Positions 54,025-61,998 of a stretch of 64,000 bases of DNA are shown piece after piece. The translations under genes and the position numbers were made by a program. Source of the stretch: a virus; the IMG/VR virus record IMGVR_UViG_3300021964_000012, positions 1-64,000 of that record; one strand, written 5' to 3'. Under the pieces are notes generated by a model that had not been told where the DNA came from, searched no databases, and was given only the letters and a program-made list of their open reading frames with translations. Every line of letters starts with the position of its first letter. Position 1 is the stretch's first letter.

Positions 54025-55110
54025 TTACGGAAGATAGTTATTTTTATATACAGAAATACTTTCTAAATTTTTTGGATTGAGCTTTTTAATTACAGCCTTG
54101 CTTAATCCACCATGCATTACTTGATCAAGGACAACATCTGGTTCGGCATACAAACATTCAATTGCAATATCAAGATTTCTCAAAGGTGTAAAAGTAATAG
54201 CATTATCAAGATGCCACATTTGAAAATCGTTTAAGGCAACATTGGCAGTATGATTAAATCCTTCATCTTGGTCGTAAAATATTTCATTACGTTTTAATAT
54301 CTTATTTCGATACTTTTCATTGAAGAATCCCTTCATATAACAGCTATCAATGTTGTCAAATTCTTGGCATAAATCAATTCCGTGACAATCTAGAAGCCAT
54401 TGAACAAACATGGGATTTCTTAAAAGTAATTCATCGCCAGAAAACCCTGTAAGTTGCATATGTGGAGTGTCGATAACGTGCATTTGATCGTAACCCCAAC
54501 CTAAATTAGATAAGTCTTGTTTGGTCGAAGATTGGTTACCAGTAGAATATTCTATGTTACAATAATCAAATGCACTTTTAACCATAGCAACATCAACACC
54601 TGGGCTATCTGCCGCTATTAGCGGAATGGTAGTTTCAAGTTGTTGTGTTACTGTAATCAAATAATTGCACACTACATCAACTAGTTCAGTCTTATTGTAA
54701 ATTTTGTGATCAGAATCAAAACTAATTGAATATTTTTCATCAGCCTGTTTCCATCTCCATTCATCATTCACGTTGATTGCAGTGCCATTGAAATAAATTG
54801 TTTCTAATAGGTTATCATTGATATTTGTTAATATATCTTTGTTTAAAAATAATGGAAAGCCTCGAGAATCGTCGTAGTAGATAGCAGGTGTGTGAGAAAA
54901 ATCCAAAATTACATAGTTGCCTCTGGTAGTACTAAAGTTATAAGATTGTACTTTGCTTTCTAAATTTTCACCAATGGTATAGCCTTTATAAAAGATATTA
55001 TTGAATCTTTGCCAGCCTTTGTCTAGTTGTATATAATAGTCTTTTACTTTGTATGTCGTGCTTAGGGGTTTTTTGTACTCTGATTCAGTACGAGAAATAT
55101 AGAAAAACAT
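54025..55110 (-). CDS. hypothetical protein (weak asparagine-synthetase-like PP-loop remnant)
   Basis: 361 aa. LIAADSPGVDVAMV faintly resembles the SGGxDS PP-loop of AsnB-type enzymes. Function not supported beyond that. Confidence 0.55.
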   Translation of the reverse strand: MFFYISRTESEYKKPLSTTYKVKDYYIQLDKGWQRFNNIFYKGYTIGENLESKVQSYNFSTTRGNYVILDFSHTPAIYYDDSRGFPLFLNKDILTNINDNLLETIYFNGTAINVNDEWRWKQADEKYSISFDSDHKIYNKTELVDVVCNYLITVTQQLETTIPLIAADSPGVDVAMVKSAFDYCNIEYSTGNQSSTKQDLSNLGWGYDQMHVIDTPHMQLTGFSGDELLLRNPMFVQWLLDCHGIDLCQEFDNIDSCYMKGFFNEKYRNKILKRNEIFYDQDEGFNHTANVALNDFQMWHLDNAITFTPLRNLDIAIECLYAEPDVVLDQVMHGGLSKAVIKKLNPKNLESISVYKNNYLP

Positions 55111-55125
55111 AAAGACCTTTTTAGT

Positions 55126-55383
55126 TTATTTTCTTTTTTCTTTTCCGCCACCTGTCCAAACATCACGTGCATTTACACGTATGTAACGTTTGTTGGTTTC
55201 GTTGGTGTTTGGGTTAGGGATAGTAATCATAACACGTCTACCTCTTTTAAATGCCGCAAGTTGATTGTTTAATCTTTCAACACTCTGCATATATTCTTTT
55301 CTCAGTGCTTTTGATGCATGCTTGTATGAATTGCCTACCATGCCTTTTGAGGTTTGACTGGTTCTTGATTTCTTTTTACCCAT
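55126..55383 (-). CDS. small basic protein, hypothetical
   Basis: The track start 55407 is TTG; ATG 55383 (ATGGGTAA overlap) is preferred. 85 aa, K/R-rich at both ends. Confidence 0.5.
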   Translation of the reverse strand: MGKKKSRTSQTSKGMVGNSYKHASKALRKEYMQSVERLNNQLAAFKRGRRVMITIPNPNTNETNKRYIRVNARDVWTGGGKEKRK

Positions 55384-55567
55384 TTGCTTTTTCCCATTCT
55401 TTTTCAAATCTATCTAGTGTACAAGGCAGTCTTTCGCAGTTGCCCCATAGCCTTTTGATGTATGCTCGTTCCATACGTTCAATGTCTGACACATTCCATG
55501 AATCTGGAATTAATTGTCCTTTTACTGCAAACATTAATTCATTTTGAAACCGATTACCGTTTGGCAT
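55376..55567 (-). CDS. hypothetical protein
   Basis: The track start 55627 is TTG and overlaps the upstream gene by 74 nt. ATG 55567 gives 63 aa. Confidence 0.45.
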   Translation of the reverse strand: MPNGNRFQNELMFAVKGQLIPDSWNVSDIERMERAYIKRLWGNCERLPCTLDRFEKEWEKANG

Positions 55568-55766
55568 ATAAATTCTCCCAATATTTAAGTCTATCTGCCC
55601 AAGGTGTGCGATTTTTATCGTGTTCAATTAACTTTTTCATGTAGTGTGCATGGCCACCGTCCCATGGTGTTTTAGTACCAAATCCACATTTCAGCTGATA
55701 TATCTGCAAGCCGTCATCATCATATTCCCACAATCGAAGATCAGGATCTAGTTCAATTTCATTCAT
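55554..55766 (-). CDS. hypothetical protein
   Basis: 70 aa, ATG start, W-rich. Confidence 0.5.
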   Translation of the reverse strand: MNEIELDPDLRLWEYDDDGLQIYQLKCGFGTKTPWDGGHAHYMKKLIEHDKNRTPWADRLKYWENLYAKR

Positions 55767-55870
55767 AGTTGATCCTTAAAAATAACAAACACTCCAATGA
55801 TTTGTAGCATTAGAAACACAAACGTGAAAAGCAGTTGTCCTAGTAATTCACGAAGTTCATCTCTTTTCAT
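55763..55870 (-). CDS. small single-TM peptide (35 aa), hypothetical
   Basis: MKRDELRELLGQLLFTFVFLMLQIIGVFVIFKDQL. Its stop overlaps the next start (ATGA). No clear SD. Below the ORF-track cutoff. Confidence 0.3.
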   Translation of the reverse strand: MKRDELRELLGQLLFTFVFLMLQIIGVFVIFKDQL

Positions 55871-55878
55871 TGTGATAT

Positions 55879-56478
55879 TTATTTCTTCTGTTGTGACCGT
55901 TCAAACATTTGACTAACCAATGGCAAACTTACTGGATGTTCACTACAACGTTGTGTACCTTCAATGGTGCTTTCAATCAAGAATGCAGTCTCTGGTGGTT
56001 CTTGCCCCATTGGGCAACTACATACAGCCAATCCGTTTTTGTCTATTTTGCAGTTCCAACTGAAGCAATTACTTGCTCGATGTCCTTGTTTGAGGCTGGC
56101 TGGACATTCAACAATGTTTCCTCTCATTTTTTCTGTGTTATGAGAAAAATCATTTTGTTGTCTTGGATAATCAGCTCTTGGCCAAAACGTACTCCATACT
56201 GAATTTTCGCCTGTTGGTTCACAACTTGTCATGTTTCCTGCACTTAGATCAGCTATGTTATCACCAAATAATATAGGACAAGTACATTTCACTTCTGGAA
56301 ATGATTCTCCAGATTGATTGGTAATTGTTCCACCTGTTGGTTTGCATGCACTAGCGGCACACAATGCAAATTGTCCATGACATATGGTAATACCTTTATC
56401 TGCAAATGCAGAAGCACTCCAAAGAAGTGCAAGCAGTGTAACTAAGAATATTCTAATGTTAAATTTATGTATTTTCAT
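55879..56478 (-). CDS. secreted cysteine-rich protein
   Basis: 199 aa. Signal-peptide-like N-terminus MKIHKFNIRIFLVTLLALLWSASAFA. Many Cys in the mature part. Confidence 0.6.
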   Translation of the reverse strand: MKIHKFNIRIFLVTLLALLWSASAFADKGITICHGQFALCAASACKPTGGTITNQSGESFPEVKCTCPILFGDNIADLSAGNMTSCEPTGENSVWSTFWPRADYPRQQNDFSHNTEKMRGNIVECPASLKQGHRASNCFSWNCKIDKNGLAVCSCPMGQEPPETAFLIESTIEGTQRCSEHPVSLPLVSQMFERSQQKK

Positions 56479-56972
56479 TCATGTTCTCCCCCGGGATCAT
56501 TTTTATCTAACTTGATTTTTTCACCGTTCACCCACATATAGCCTCTACTTCTGCTTGGTGTGTGATATCCATTGTTTAAAAAGAAACTGGGCTTACGTTT
56601 TGCAGTCTCAAATATCACAACTGTTGCAACAATACCTGCAATTAACAATGTGTGTGCTACTGCGGTATAGGCAAATACTGTTAAACTGCCCAAGCCCATG
56701 CTAAAAATAATACACCACATCCATGCTAATACCTGCATGACCATGTGTCTTACATTTGTGTCTGGAATAGCACTAAGAGGATTTCGTCGATCATCCATTA
56801 TACTATTCCAACAACTAACAATCCATTCTTTCATCGGATAAACTCCTTTTTCAAATGTCACTTTTATTGGATAATTTGCATCGACAACATCTTTGAAATC
56901 AATTGCATCATATCTTGAATTAAAATATTGCACAATTTTTGTTTCACGCCAATAGCCTGTGACTCTATACAT
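56475..56972 (-). CDS. membrane protein, hypothetical
   Basis: 165 aa. Two hydrophobic helices (VLAWMWCIIFSMGLGSLTVFAY, LLIAGIVATVVIF). ATGA overlap downstream. Confidence 0.55.
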   Translation of the reverse strand: MYRVTGYWRETKIVQYFNSRYDAIDFKDVVDANYPIKVTFEKGVYPMKEWIVSCWNSIMDDRRNPLSAIPDTNVRHMVMQVLAWMWCIIFSMGLGSLTVFAYTAVAHTLLIAGIVATVVIFETAKRKPSFFLNNGYHTPSRSRGYMWVNGEKIKLDKNDPGGEHE

Positions 56973-57230
56973 TTAGTTATCAAGGATGGGGTCTGTTTCT
57001 TTAGGAAAATGCTGTCGATATTTGTTTACCATCAACTCTCTATTTTCTTCAATTGATATCAGCCCTGCTTCAATTTCCCTAAGAGCAGTCATTCCTCTTT
57101 TGTTAAAATGCGGAGTCAATGGCTGATTGTCAGCACTGTAACTTCTTGCTCTTGTGGATGCAGCCATAATTAAATCATATCTACTTCCGCCTACGTTTTT
57201 TGTGCCTTTGGTATTACTGATTCTTGCCAT
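56973..57230 (-). CDS. rpoZ: RNA polymerase omega subunit-like protein
   Basis: 85 aa. MARISNTKGTKNVGGSRYDLIMAASTRARSY...PLTPHFNKRGMTALREIEAGLISIEE aligns with E. coli RpoZ [30 protein letters not shown]...[26 protein letters not shown]. Confidence 0.6.
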   Translation of the reverse strand: MARISNTKGTKNVGGSRYDLIMAASTRARSYSADNQPLTPHFNKRGMTALREIEAGLISIEENRELMVNKYRQHFPKETDPILDN

Positions 57231-57420
57231 TGATATTGTACCTTTTTATTGTTTCAGTTGTCATAATTCCACTGCGGAAGTTTTCCACTGCGTCTTCAAC
57301 ATAATGCATACTATGGTCACTGTAATCAATTAAACCTAGTAATCTGTTGTCTTCATAAAACTCGACATAGTGCTTGTTGCCGACTTTTTTAAACTTTGTA
57401 TCTCGATTTTCTAAATACAT
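57214..57420 (-). CDS. hypothetical protein
   Basis: Start moved to ATG 57420 (GGAGG 5 nt upstream). The upstream part of track ORF 57214-57471 lies in the structured leader. 68 aa. Confidence 0.5.
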   Translation of the reverse strand: MYLENRDTKFKKVGNKHYVEFYEDNRLLGLIDYSDHSMHYVEDAVENFRSGIMTTETIKRYNINGKNQ

Positions 57421-57625
57421 ATTACCTCCAATACAATGCAGAGTGTTGCACATGTTTAAGGACCCTCTCATGATCTAAACGGGAGGTGCTGTGTGTCACC
57501 TCCGACCAGGTCCGCCTGATATTCTAACAAGAGATCTAGGCTCCCGTACCTCTTTGCAACTAGGGGGCTGGGGACATAAGTTTTACCTTCTTGCCCACCT
57601 CTTTCCAAACCCTGCACTGTAAACC
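57421..57625 (-). promoter_or_regulatory. candidate cobalamin (B12) riboswitch-like leader
   Basis: GC-rich island in AT-rich DNA. Minus-strand RNA contains GGUGGGCAAGAAGGUAAAACUUAUGUCCCCAGCCCCCUAGUUG (compare the cobalamin core GGGAA..GGUGaaAAuCC..GCAGCCCCCGCuACUGU) and AUCAGGCGGACCUGGUC (compare the B12 box AGUCAGGAGACCUGCC). These are followed by the hairpin GGAGGUG-ACACAG-CACCUCC, whose 3' arm could alternatively pair with the downstream SD GGAGGUA. Confidence 0.45.
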
Positions 57626-57850
57626 TTAGTCTTTTCTAATGTTTTTTAACTTGTTTAGTTCGTAACTTTCACTGAGCCACCAAACCAACATTCCAAAACA
57701 TGCCGCAATGCCAAAACCTGTTACAACCTGTTGTGCTTCAAACCCATATGTATTCGCTATGTATATTAAACCACGTACGGCGGCTAAAACTACAGCAGTT
57801 GCAATTGCAATTATGGCTAGTCTTGACACAATATATTTTGTTTTTTCCAT
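57626..57850 (-). CDS. small membrane protein (2 predicted TM helices)
   Basis: 74 aa. IVSRLAIIAIATAVVLAAV and GFGIAACFGMLVWWL. Has its own promoter and an AAGGAA SD. Confidence 0.55.
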   Translation of the reverse strand: MEKTKYIVSRLAIIAIATAVVLAAVRGLIYIANTYGFEAQQVVTGFGIAACFGMLVWWLSESYELNKLKNIRKD

Positions 57851-57886
57851 TTTAAGTTCCTTTTCTGTTTTCTAACTTTATAATGT

Positions 57887-57915
57887 ATATTAACACTATA
57901 TATTGTGTCTGTCAA
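57887..57915 (-). promoter_or_regulatory. sigma70-type early promoter
   Basis: Minus strand reads GGTTGACA, N17, TAATAT, then ..AAAGTTAGAAAAC.. and AAGGAA before the ATG at 57850. Confidence 0.55.
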
Positions 57916-57929
57916 CCACTATTTGCATA

Positions 57930-58367
57930 TTATTTGCGAAATTTTAATGTGTGTTGCTTTCCATTTCCATCAGTAAAAGTAATTGTACTGTGTGAATAAA
58001 TATCATTCTGCTGAACTTCGTTGTATCTGGTTTGATAACTACACTGTCTTTGTACACCACCTCTAGCATCACTGTTCATGTTGCCCAATAACCCACCTAG
58101 TATAGCACCAGCAGTGCCACCATCAGGCATGTTTTTGGTTACATTGTTACCAATGATACCACCAATGATTGCACCTCTTAGTGTGTCGTGTGTTCTATCA
58201 CCACCAATTGAAACATCTTGACATACTTCAACCTGATATGGTTGTTGTTTGATTATGCTTTTGTAATGGTCTCTAATTACACCATTTGTATTAGAATCAA
58301 ATGCTTGTACTGGTAATGCGACTAGTGCTAAAGCAGTACTTGCAATGGCAATGTTTAATAGTTTCAT
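57930..58367 (-). CDS. secreted glycine-zipper protein (17-kDa surface antigen / OmpA-associated glycine zipper-like)
   Basis: 145 aa. Signal peptide MKLLNIAIASTALALVALPVQA. Glycine zippers GAIIGGIIGNN and GAILGGLLGN. Confidence 0.6.
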   Translation of the reverse strand: MKLLNIAIASTALALVALPVQAFDSNTNGVIRDHYKSIIKQQPYQVEVCQDVSIGGDRTHDTLRGAIIGGIIGNNVTKNMPDGGTAGAILGGLLGNMNSDARGGVQRQCSYQTRYNEVQQNDIYSHSTITFTDGNGKQHTLKFRK

Positions 58368-58397
58368 GTAAATAACTCCTTATCAATTAATATACTT

Positions 58398-58425
58398 ATA
58401 ATAGCATCTATTTACAGTATGTCAA
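58398..58425 (-). promoter_or_regulatory. sigma70-type early promoter
   Basis: Minus strand reads GGTTGACA, N16, TATTAT, with AAGGAG before the ATG at 58367. Confidence 0.55.
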
Positions 58426-58440
58426 CCTTTTTTTATAAAA

Positions 58441-58591
58441 TGGTAGCCGCCACCTAACCTCGCCAACTACCTTGTGCAACACAGAACGTTACACCCCGAC
58501 TCTCAGTATACCTCTCCTGAGACTTGTCAAGGCGAAAGACATAGTCGGTTCACAGCGAGGGTAACGCAATAATTGAATATACTATGTCTTT
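58441..58591 (-). ncRNA. unassigned GC-rich structured RNA element (3' UTR of the OMP-like gene or an independent ncRNA)
   Basis: Nested inverted repeats on the minus strand: CGUUAC/GUAACG, CCGACU/AGUCGG, UCUCAG/CUGAGA. An alternative 11-bp pairing is AAAGACAUAGU/ACUAUGUCUUU (58581-58591 with 58535-58545). No class recognised. Confidence 0.3.
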
Positions 58592-58604
58592 ACAAATTTA
58601 CTTA

Positions 58605-60473
58605 TCACCAGGTAATCTGGACACCTGCAGAAATGACATTAGTATTACCTAAGTCTGTCATTGATCTGTTTGCTTCGACTCTAAAAGTTATATTTTCATT
58701 AACTTTCTCAAGTCCGACTGCAATATCATTTACACCATCTGTGTGATGCAATACTGTGAAATCAACTGGACCTAGATCTCCTTTTAGACCTACAGTTGCA
58801 TAGCCATAGTTATCAGTATCATTTGCTACTGTTCTAAGACTTTGTACTGAACCTGTTTCTGTGTATCCACTTACTTTTTTCTTACCTTTTGTTAATCCAA
58901 CAATAGGACGAAACTTTTCATTTGTTGGGCTAAAACTTACACTGATTGAAGTATCTGTTCCATTAGTATCCGCAGTGTTTGAGAAATCACCAATAATACG
59001 TGACACATCATAGTCTGTCATTGCGTGTTTCAGGCCTATTGTAACATCACCCTGTGTGACTTTTTTGCCTACATTTACACCCAGTACATTTGTTTTAGCA
59101 GTAACAGTATCATCATTGCCTTTTAGACTAGTGCTAAATTTTGCAGCACCTAATGCTATAGCATAACCTGTGTCATTGTTTATTTTACTAGCACCCAATA
59201 CTGCACCTTTTGTAGTACCAGTTAGTCCACCACTCATTTTACTATCCATAGCAATTGCTTTTGGACCATCAAAAGTTAGGTTGCGTATTGCAGTACTTGT
59301 AACATCTTGTGCTGATGCAACCTGATCTATACGTCCTGTAAAAGGAGTAAGAGTTTCTACTGTTGTACCTGTTAGTGTGTTTGTACCATCATCATAAACA
59401 TCAAATGTACTGGTAGTTTTTTCTCTAGCAATAGTTTGTATCTTAGCAGTTTCTGATGCAGTGTGACTTGTAACACTTGATGTTGCAGTTCCTATTTTAG
59501 TTGGGCCACTTGCAGCATCTGTTGCTGATCCTTCATCATTGACATCACCCCAGTCACTAGGTGTTTCGCCTGCAGTTCCACCACCTGCACCGCCTTCGAT
59601 AGCAGTATCAGCGGCACCAAAAGCACTAGGACCAAAAATGTAAGCATATTCGGCAGTTAAAATATCACCTGCACTTACGCCTGTCCAATGCCAAGTTAAA
59701 CCAATAGTATGATCACCATTGCCATAATTTACACTATTACCATCACTATCTGTGTAAGGTGATCCTGTGTAACCGTCTGCTTCTGTTGTCCAACCATTGC
59801 TAATACCAGCATCAACATTAGAGTTTGTTGAATATAAACCTAATGCATAACGACTTGTTGTTGCCTCACTAAATGCAACGTTGCTATCAGGGATACCTGA
59901 ATAACCTAGCACGTTATCTGTAGCACTTGTATCACCTGCTTCTGGCATAGCATCTGGATCTATGAATCGTCCAAAATAAACGTCATCTGCTGCACCACCT
60001 GCAGTAATATTTGTTGTGATATCAACATATTCACTTGTAGTACCTAAACTATAGATGTTTTCTATTTCCCAACCTGTGTGTGCAGTGTTTGTACCGTTCC
60101 AAGTAAATGTATTAGTACCGTCTGTAAGTCCATCACTGTCTGTCCATGCGTTGGAACCCGAATTGTTGTTTGTGCTATTTGTTCCGTCAATTTTTAAAGC
60201 AAAGCCATCAAACGGTGATCCTGGTGTTAAGTAGTCGCCCTGCTCACTGTCTCCAGGAAATGTTCCTGAACCTGTTGAATCATACTGTAGTCCTGGTCTT
60301 GTGCCACCGCCAGAACCAAATGTACCACTAGTACCATTTACGCCTGCACGTACATAATCATTTTCAAGTATACCCATGCCTGTTACACTGGTATTCATAC
60401 TTGATGTATCCGACAACGCCGTTGTTGTCATCAATGCAGTCAAGACTGCACCGACTAATAAAGTTCTTTTCAT
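58605..60473 (-). CDS. outer-membrane / autotransporter-like protein
   Basis: 622 aa. Signal peptide MKRTLLVGAVLTALMTTTALS. T/G/S/D-rich passenger-like region. The C-terminal ~250 aa have alternating beta-strand-like segments and end ...VISAGVQITW (terminal aromatic residue typical of OM beta-barrels). Confidence 0.6.
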   Translation of the reverse strand: MKRTLLVGAVLTALMTTTALSDTSSMNTSVTGMGILENDYVRAGVNGTSGTFGSGGGTRPGLQYDSTGSGTFPGDSEQGDYLTPGSPFDGFALKIDGTNSTNNNSGSNAWTDSDGLTDGTNTFTWNGTNTAHTGWEIENIYSLGTTSEYVDITTNITAGGAADDVYFGRFIDPDAMPEAGDTSATDNVLGYSGIPDSNVAFSEATTSRYALGLYSTNSNVDAGISNGWTTEADGYTGSPYTDSDGNSVNYGNGDHTIGLTWHWTGVSAGDILTAEYAYIFGPSAFGAADTAIEGGAGGGTAGETPSDWGDVNDEGSATDAASGPTKIGTATSSVTSHTASETAKIQTIAREKTTSTFDVYDDGTNTLTGTTVETLTPFTGRIDQVASAQDVTSTAIRNLTFDGPKAIAMDSKMSGGLTGTTKGAVLGASKINNDTGYAIALGAAKFSTSLKGNDDTVTAKTNVLGVNVGKKVTQGDVTIGLKHAMTDYDVSRIIGDFSNTADTNGTDTSISVSFSPTNEKFRPIVGLTKGKKKVSGYTETGSVQSLRTVANDTDNYGYATVGLKGDLGPVDFTVLHHTDGVNDIAVGLEKVNENITFRVEANRSMTDLGNTNVISAGVQITW

Positions 60474-60561
60474 TATTTGTTACCCTCTCTGCGAACACGA
60501 ATGCTCACATATATTTAACAGGTTAACAATTTTTTAATATTGTAATAAAATAAATATTTTT

Positions 60562-60906
60562 ATGCTAGAAAAGATAAAAAAACGTTGGCGTGAATGGCGT
60601 GATAAGTGGACTGTTGATCATACCATTGATGTAATAGTTGACATTACACTATTGCTTATAGATGTAATAATGTCACCTGTATTAATAATTGTTAGACTTG
60701 TTAGATATGTAATCGGAGATTGGATTGCAGATAAACTTAAATGGATTATTAAGGCTATAGTGCATTGGTATCAAAAACAACACCCTTTAGTGAAAAGACT
60801 AATAGTTGTATTTTTCCTTTTAGCACTTCCGTTTTTATTAATTATACTGTGGAGTTTCAGTAGTATATGGACCATGTATTGGGAAATTATTTGGGGAGAC
60901 AAATAA
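60562..60906 (+). CDS. membrane protein, hypothetical
   Basis: 114 aa. Hydrophobic helices (ITLLLIDVIMSPVLIIV, LIVVFFLLALPFLLIILW). Lone plus-strand gene. GGTTAACA-N17-TAAAAT lies just upstream. Confidence 0.5.
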   Translation: MLEKIKKRWREWRDKWTVDHTIDVIVDITLLLIDVIMSPVLIIVRLVRYVIGDWIADKLKWIIKAIVHWYQKQHPLVKRLIVVFFLLALPFLLIILWSFSSIWTMYWEIIWGDK

Positions 60907-60927
60907 GCAATCTCAAAGTGTATTTCT

Positions 60928-61884
60928 TTAATCAGGAAAGCTACTAATAGAATCTTTTTTCTTATTTGTTGCACTGATTTTTTCATTTGTATTATCTGTC
61001 GTGTGTGCTGGACAAAACTTACACTGTGGAATCACATCATCAATACCATCAATGAACTCTTTTCCTCTTTGTGCAAATTCGTGTACACTAAGTGGATGAT
61101 AGTTGTGCAGTAACTGTCTGTCTTCTTCGGTTATATCAAAATTATGTTGTAAATCAAATTCTGGAAACAACCCAACCGGACCGCATTTGTAGAGTTTTGC
61201 TCTAATAAAATGATGACATTGAAACTGTACAAAGCCACATGCATTATGTGCTTGCTGAGGATCACTTTGGAATAGTGTGAATTTTCCGTTTTCGTTTTTT
61301 TGTACGGCACTTGTATAAAACTCATCCTGTAACCAATAATGAATTTTTACATGATTGTTATCTGTTAGTGCATAGTGACTTTCGTTTGTGATTTCTCCAT
61401 TGGAGAGTTGTCTTACTCCTGAACCTTGAAGAAACTTTTTGCCTTCTTCTAAGTGTCGGTCTAGATCATTCTCGTTATGAACACTTACGCCAATCCAGTT
61501 CTTTTCCTCGTTATGGGTACCAGTGTAATTATTCAGCACATCATACAAGCCTGAAACATGATTTATTCTCACACCATTGGTGAGTATCTGTACTGGTTTA
61601 TTCCACAACCTGTTAATGCCATTTACCCAATCACATATAGTTGGATTAAGCAATGGTTCACCTCCAAGAATAGTCACTTTTTGTAGGCGTATCTTTCCTG
61701 CCCATGCGGTGTACTCTGCTTCATAGTCAGTCCATTTTTGATAACCACTAAAAGCATGATTGTTGAATCGGTTACAGTTTGAGCACGTTAAATTGCACAC
61801 ATTGGTAATATAAAATTCAATGTTAGGTACATATGTGCGAGGATCATCAGGATGTTCATCTGGAAAGTGTTTTGGGTATCTCAT
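60928..61884 (-). CDS. radical SAM enzyme (compact; different architecture from the island paralogues)
   Basis: The track start 61917 lies inside tRNA-Thr, so ATG 61884 is used (318 aa). YITNVCNLTCSNCNRF near the N-terminus, GGEPLL, and C-terminal CKFCPAH. Confidence 0.7.
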   Translation of the reverse strand: MRYPKHFPDEHPDDPRTYVPNIEFYITNVCNLTCSNCNRFNNHAFSGYQKWTDYEAEYTAWAGKIRLQKVTILGGEPLLNPTICDWVNGINRLWNKPVQILTNGVRINHVSGLYDVLNNYTGTHNEEKNWIGVSVHNENDLDRHLEEGKKFLQGSGVRQLSNGEITNESHYALTDNNHVKIHYWLQDEFYTSAVQKNENGKFTLFQSDPQQAHNACGFVQFQCHHFIRAKLYKCGPVGLFPEFDLQHNFDITEEDRQLLHNYHPLSVHEFAQRGKEFIDGIDDVIPQCKFCPAHTTDNTNEKISATNKKKDSISSFPD

Positions 61885-61902
61885 AGTGTACTTAGTAAAA
61901 AA

Positions 61903-61978
<76 letters not shown>

Positions 61979-61998
61979 ACGATTCACCTTTTTACTTA

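Noticed and set aside
58441-58470. tRNA-like or tmRNA-like 3' end (…GGUGGCGGCUACCA) at the end of the GC-rich element.
   Set aside because: I could not fold a T arm (no GTTCRANNC-type loop) or an acceptor stem. Only a 5-bp GGUAG/CUACC pairing is available.
58520-58530. TTGACA hexamer inside the structured element, as another promoter.
   Set aside because: The best downstream -10-like hexamer (TATACT) is only 14 nt away. There is no GG extension and no downstream SD or ORF.
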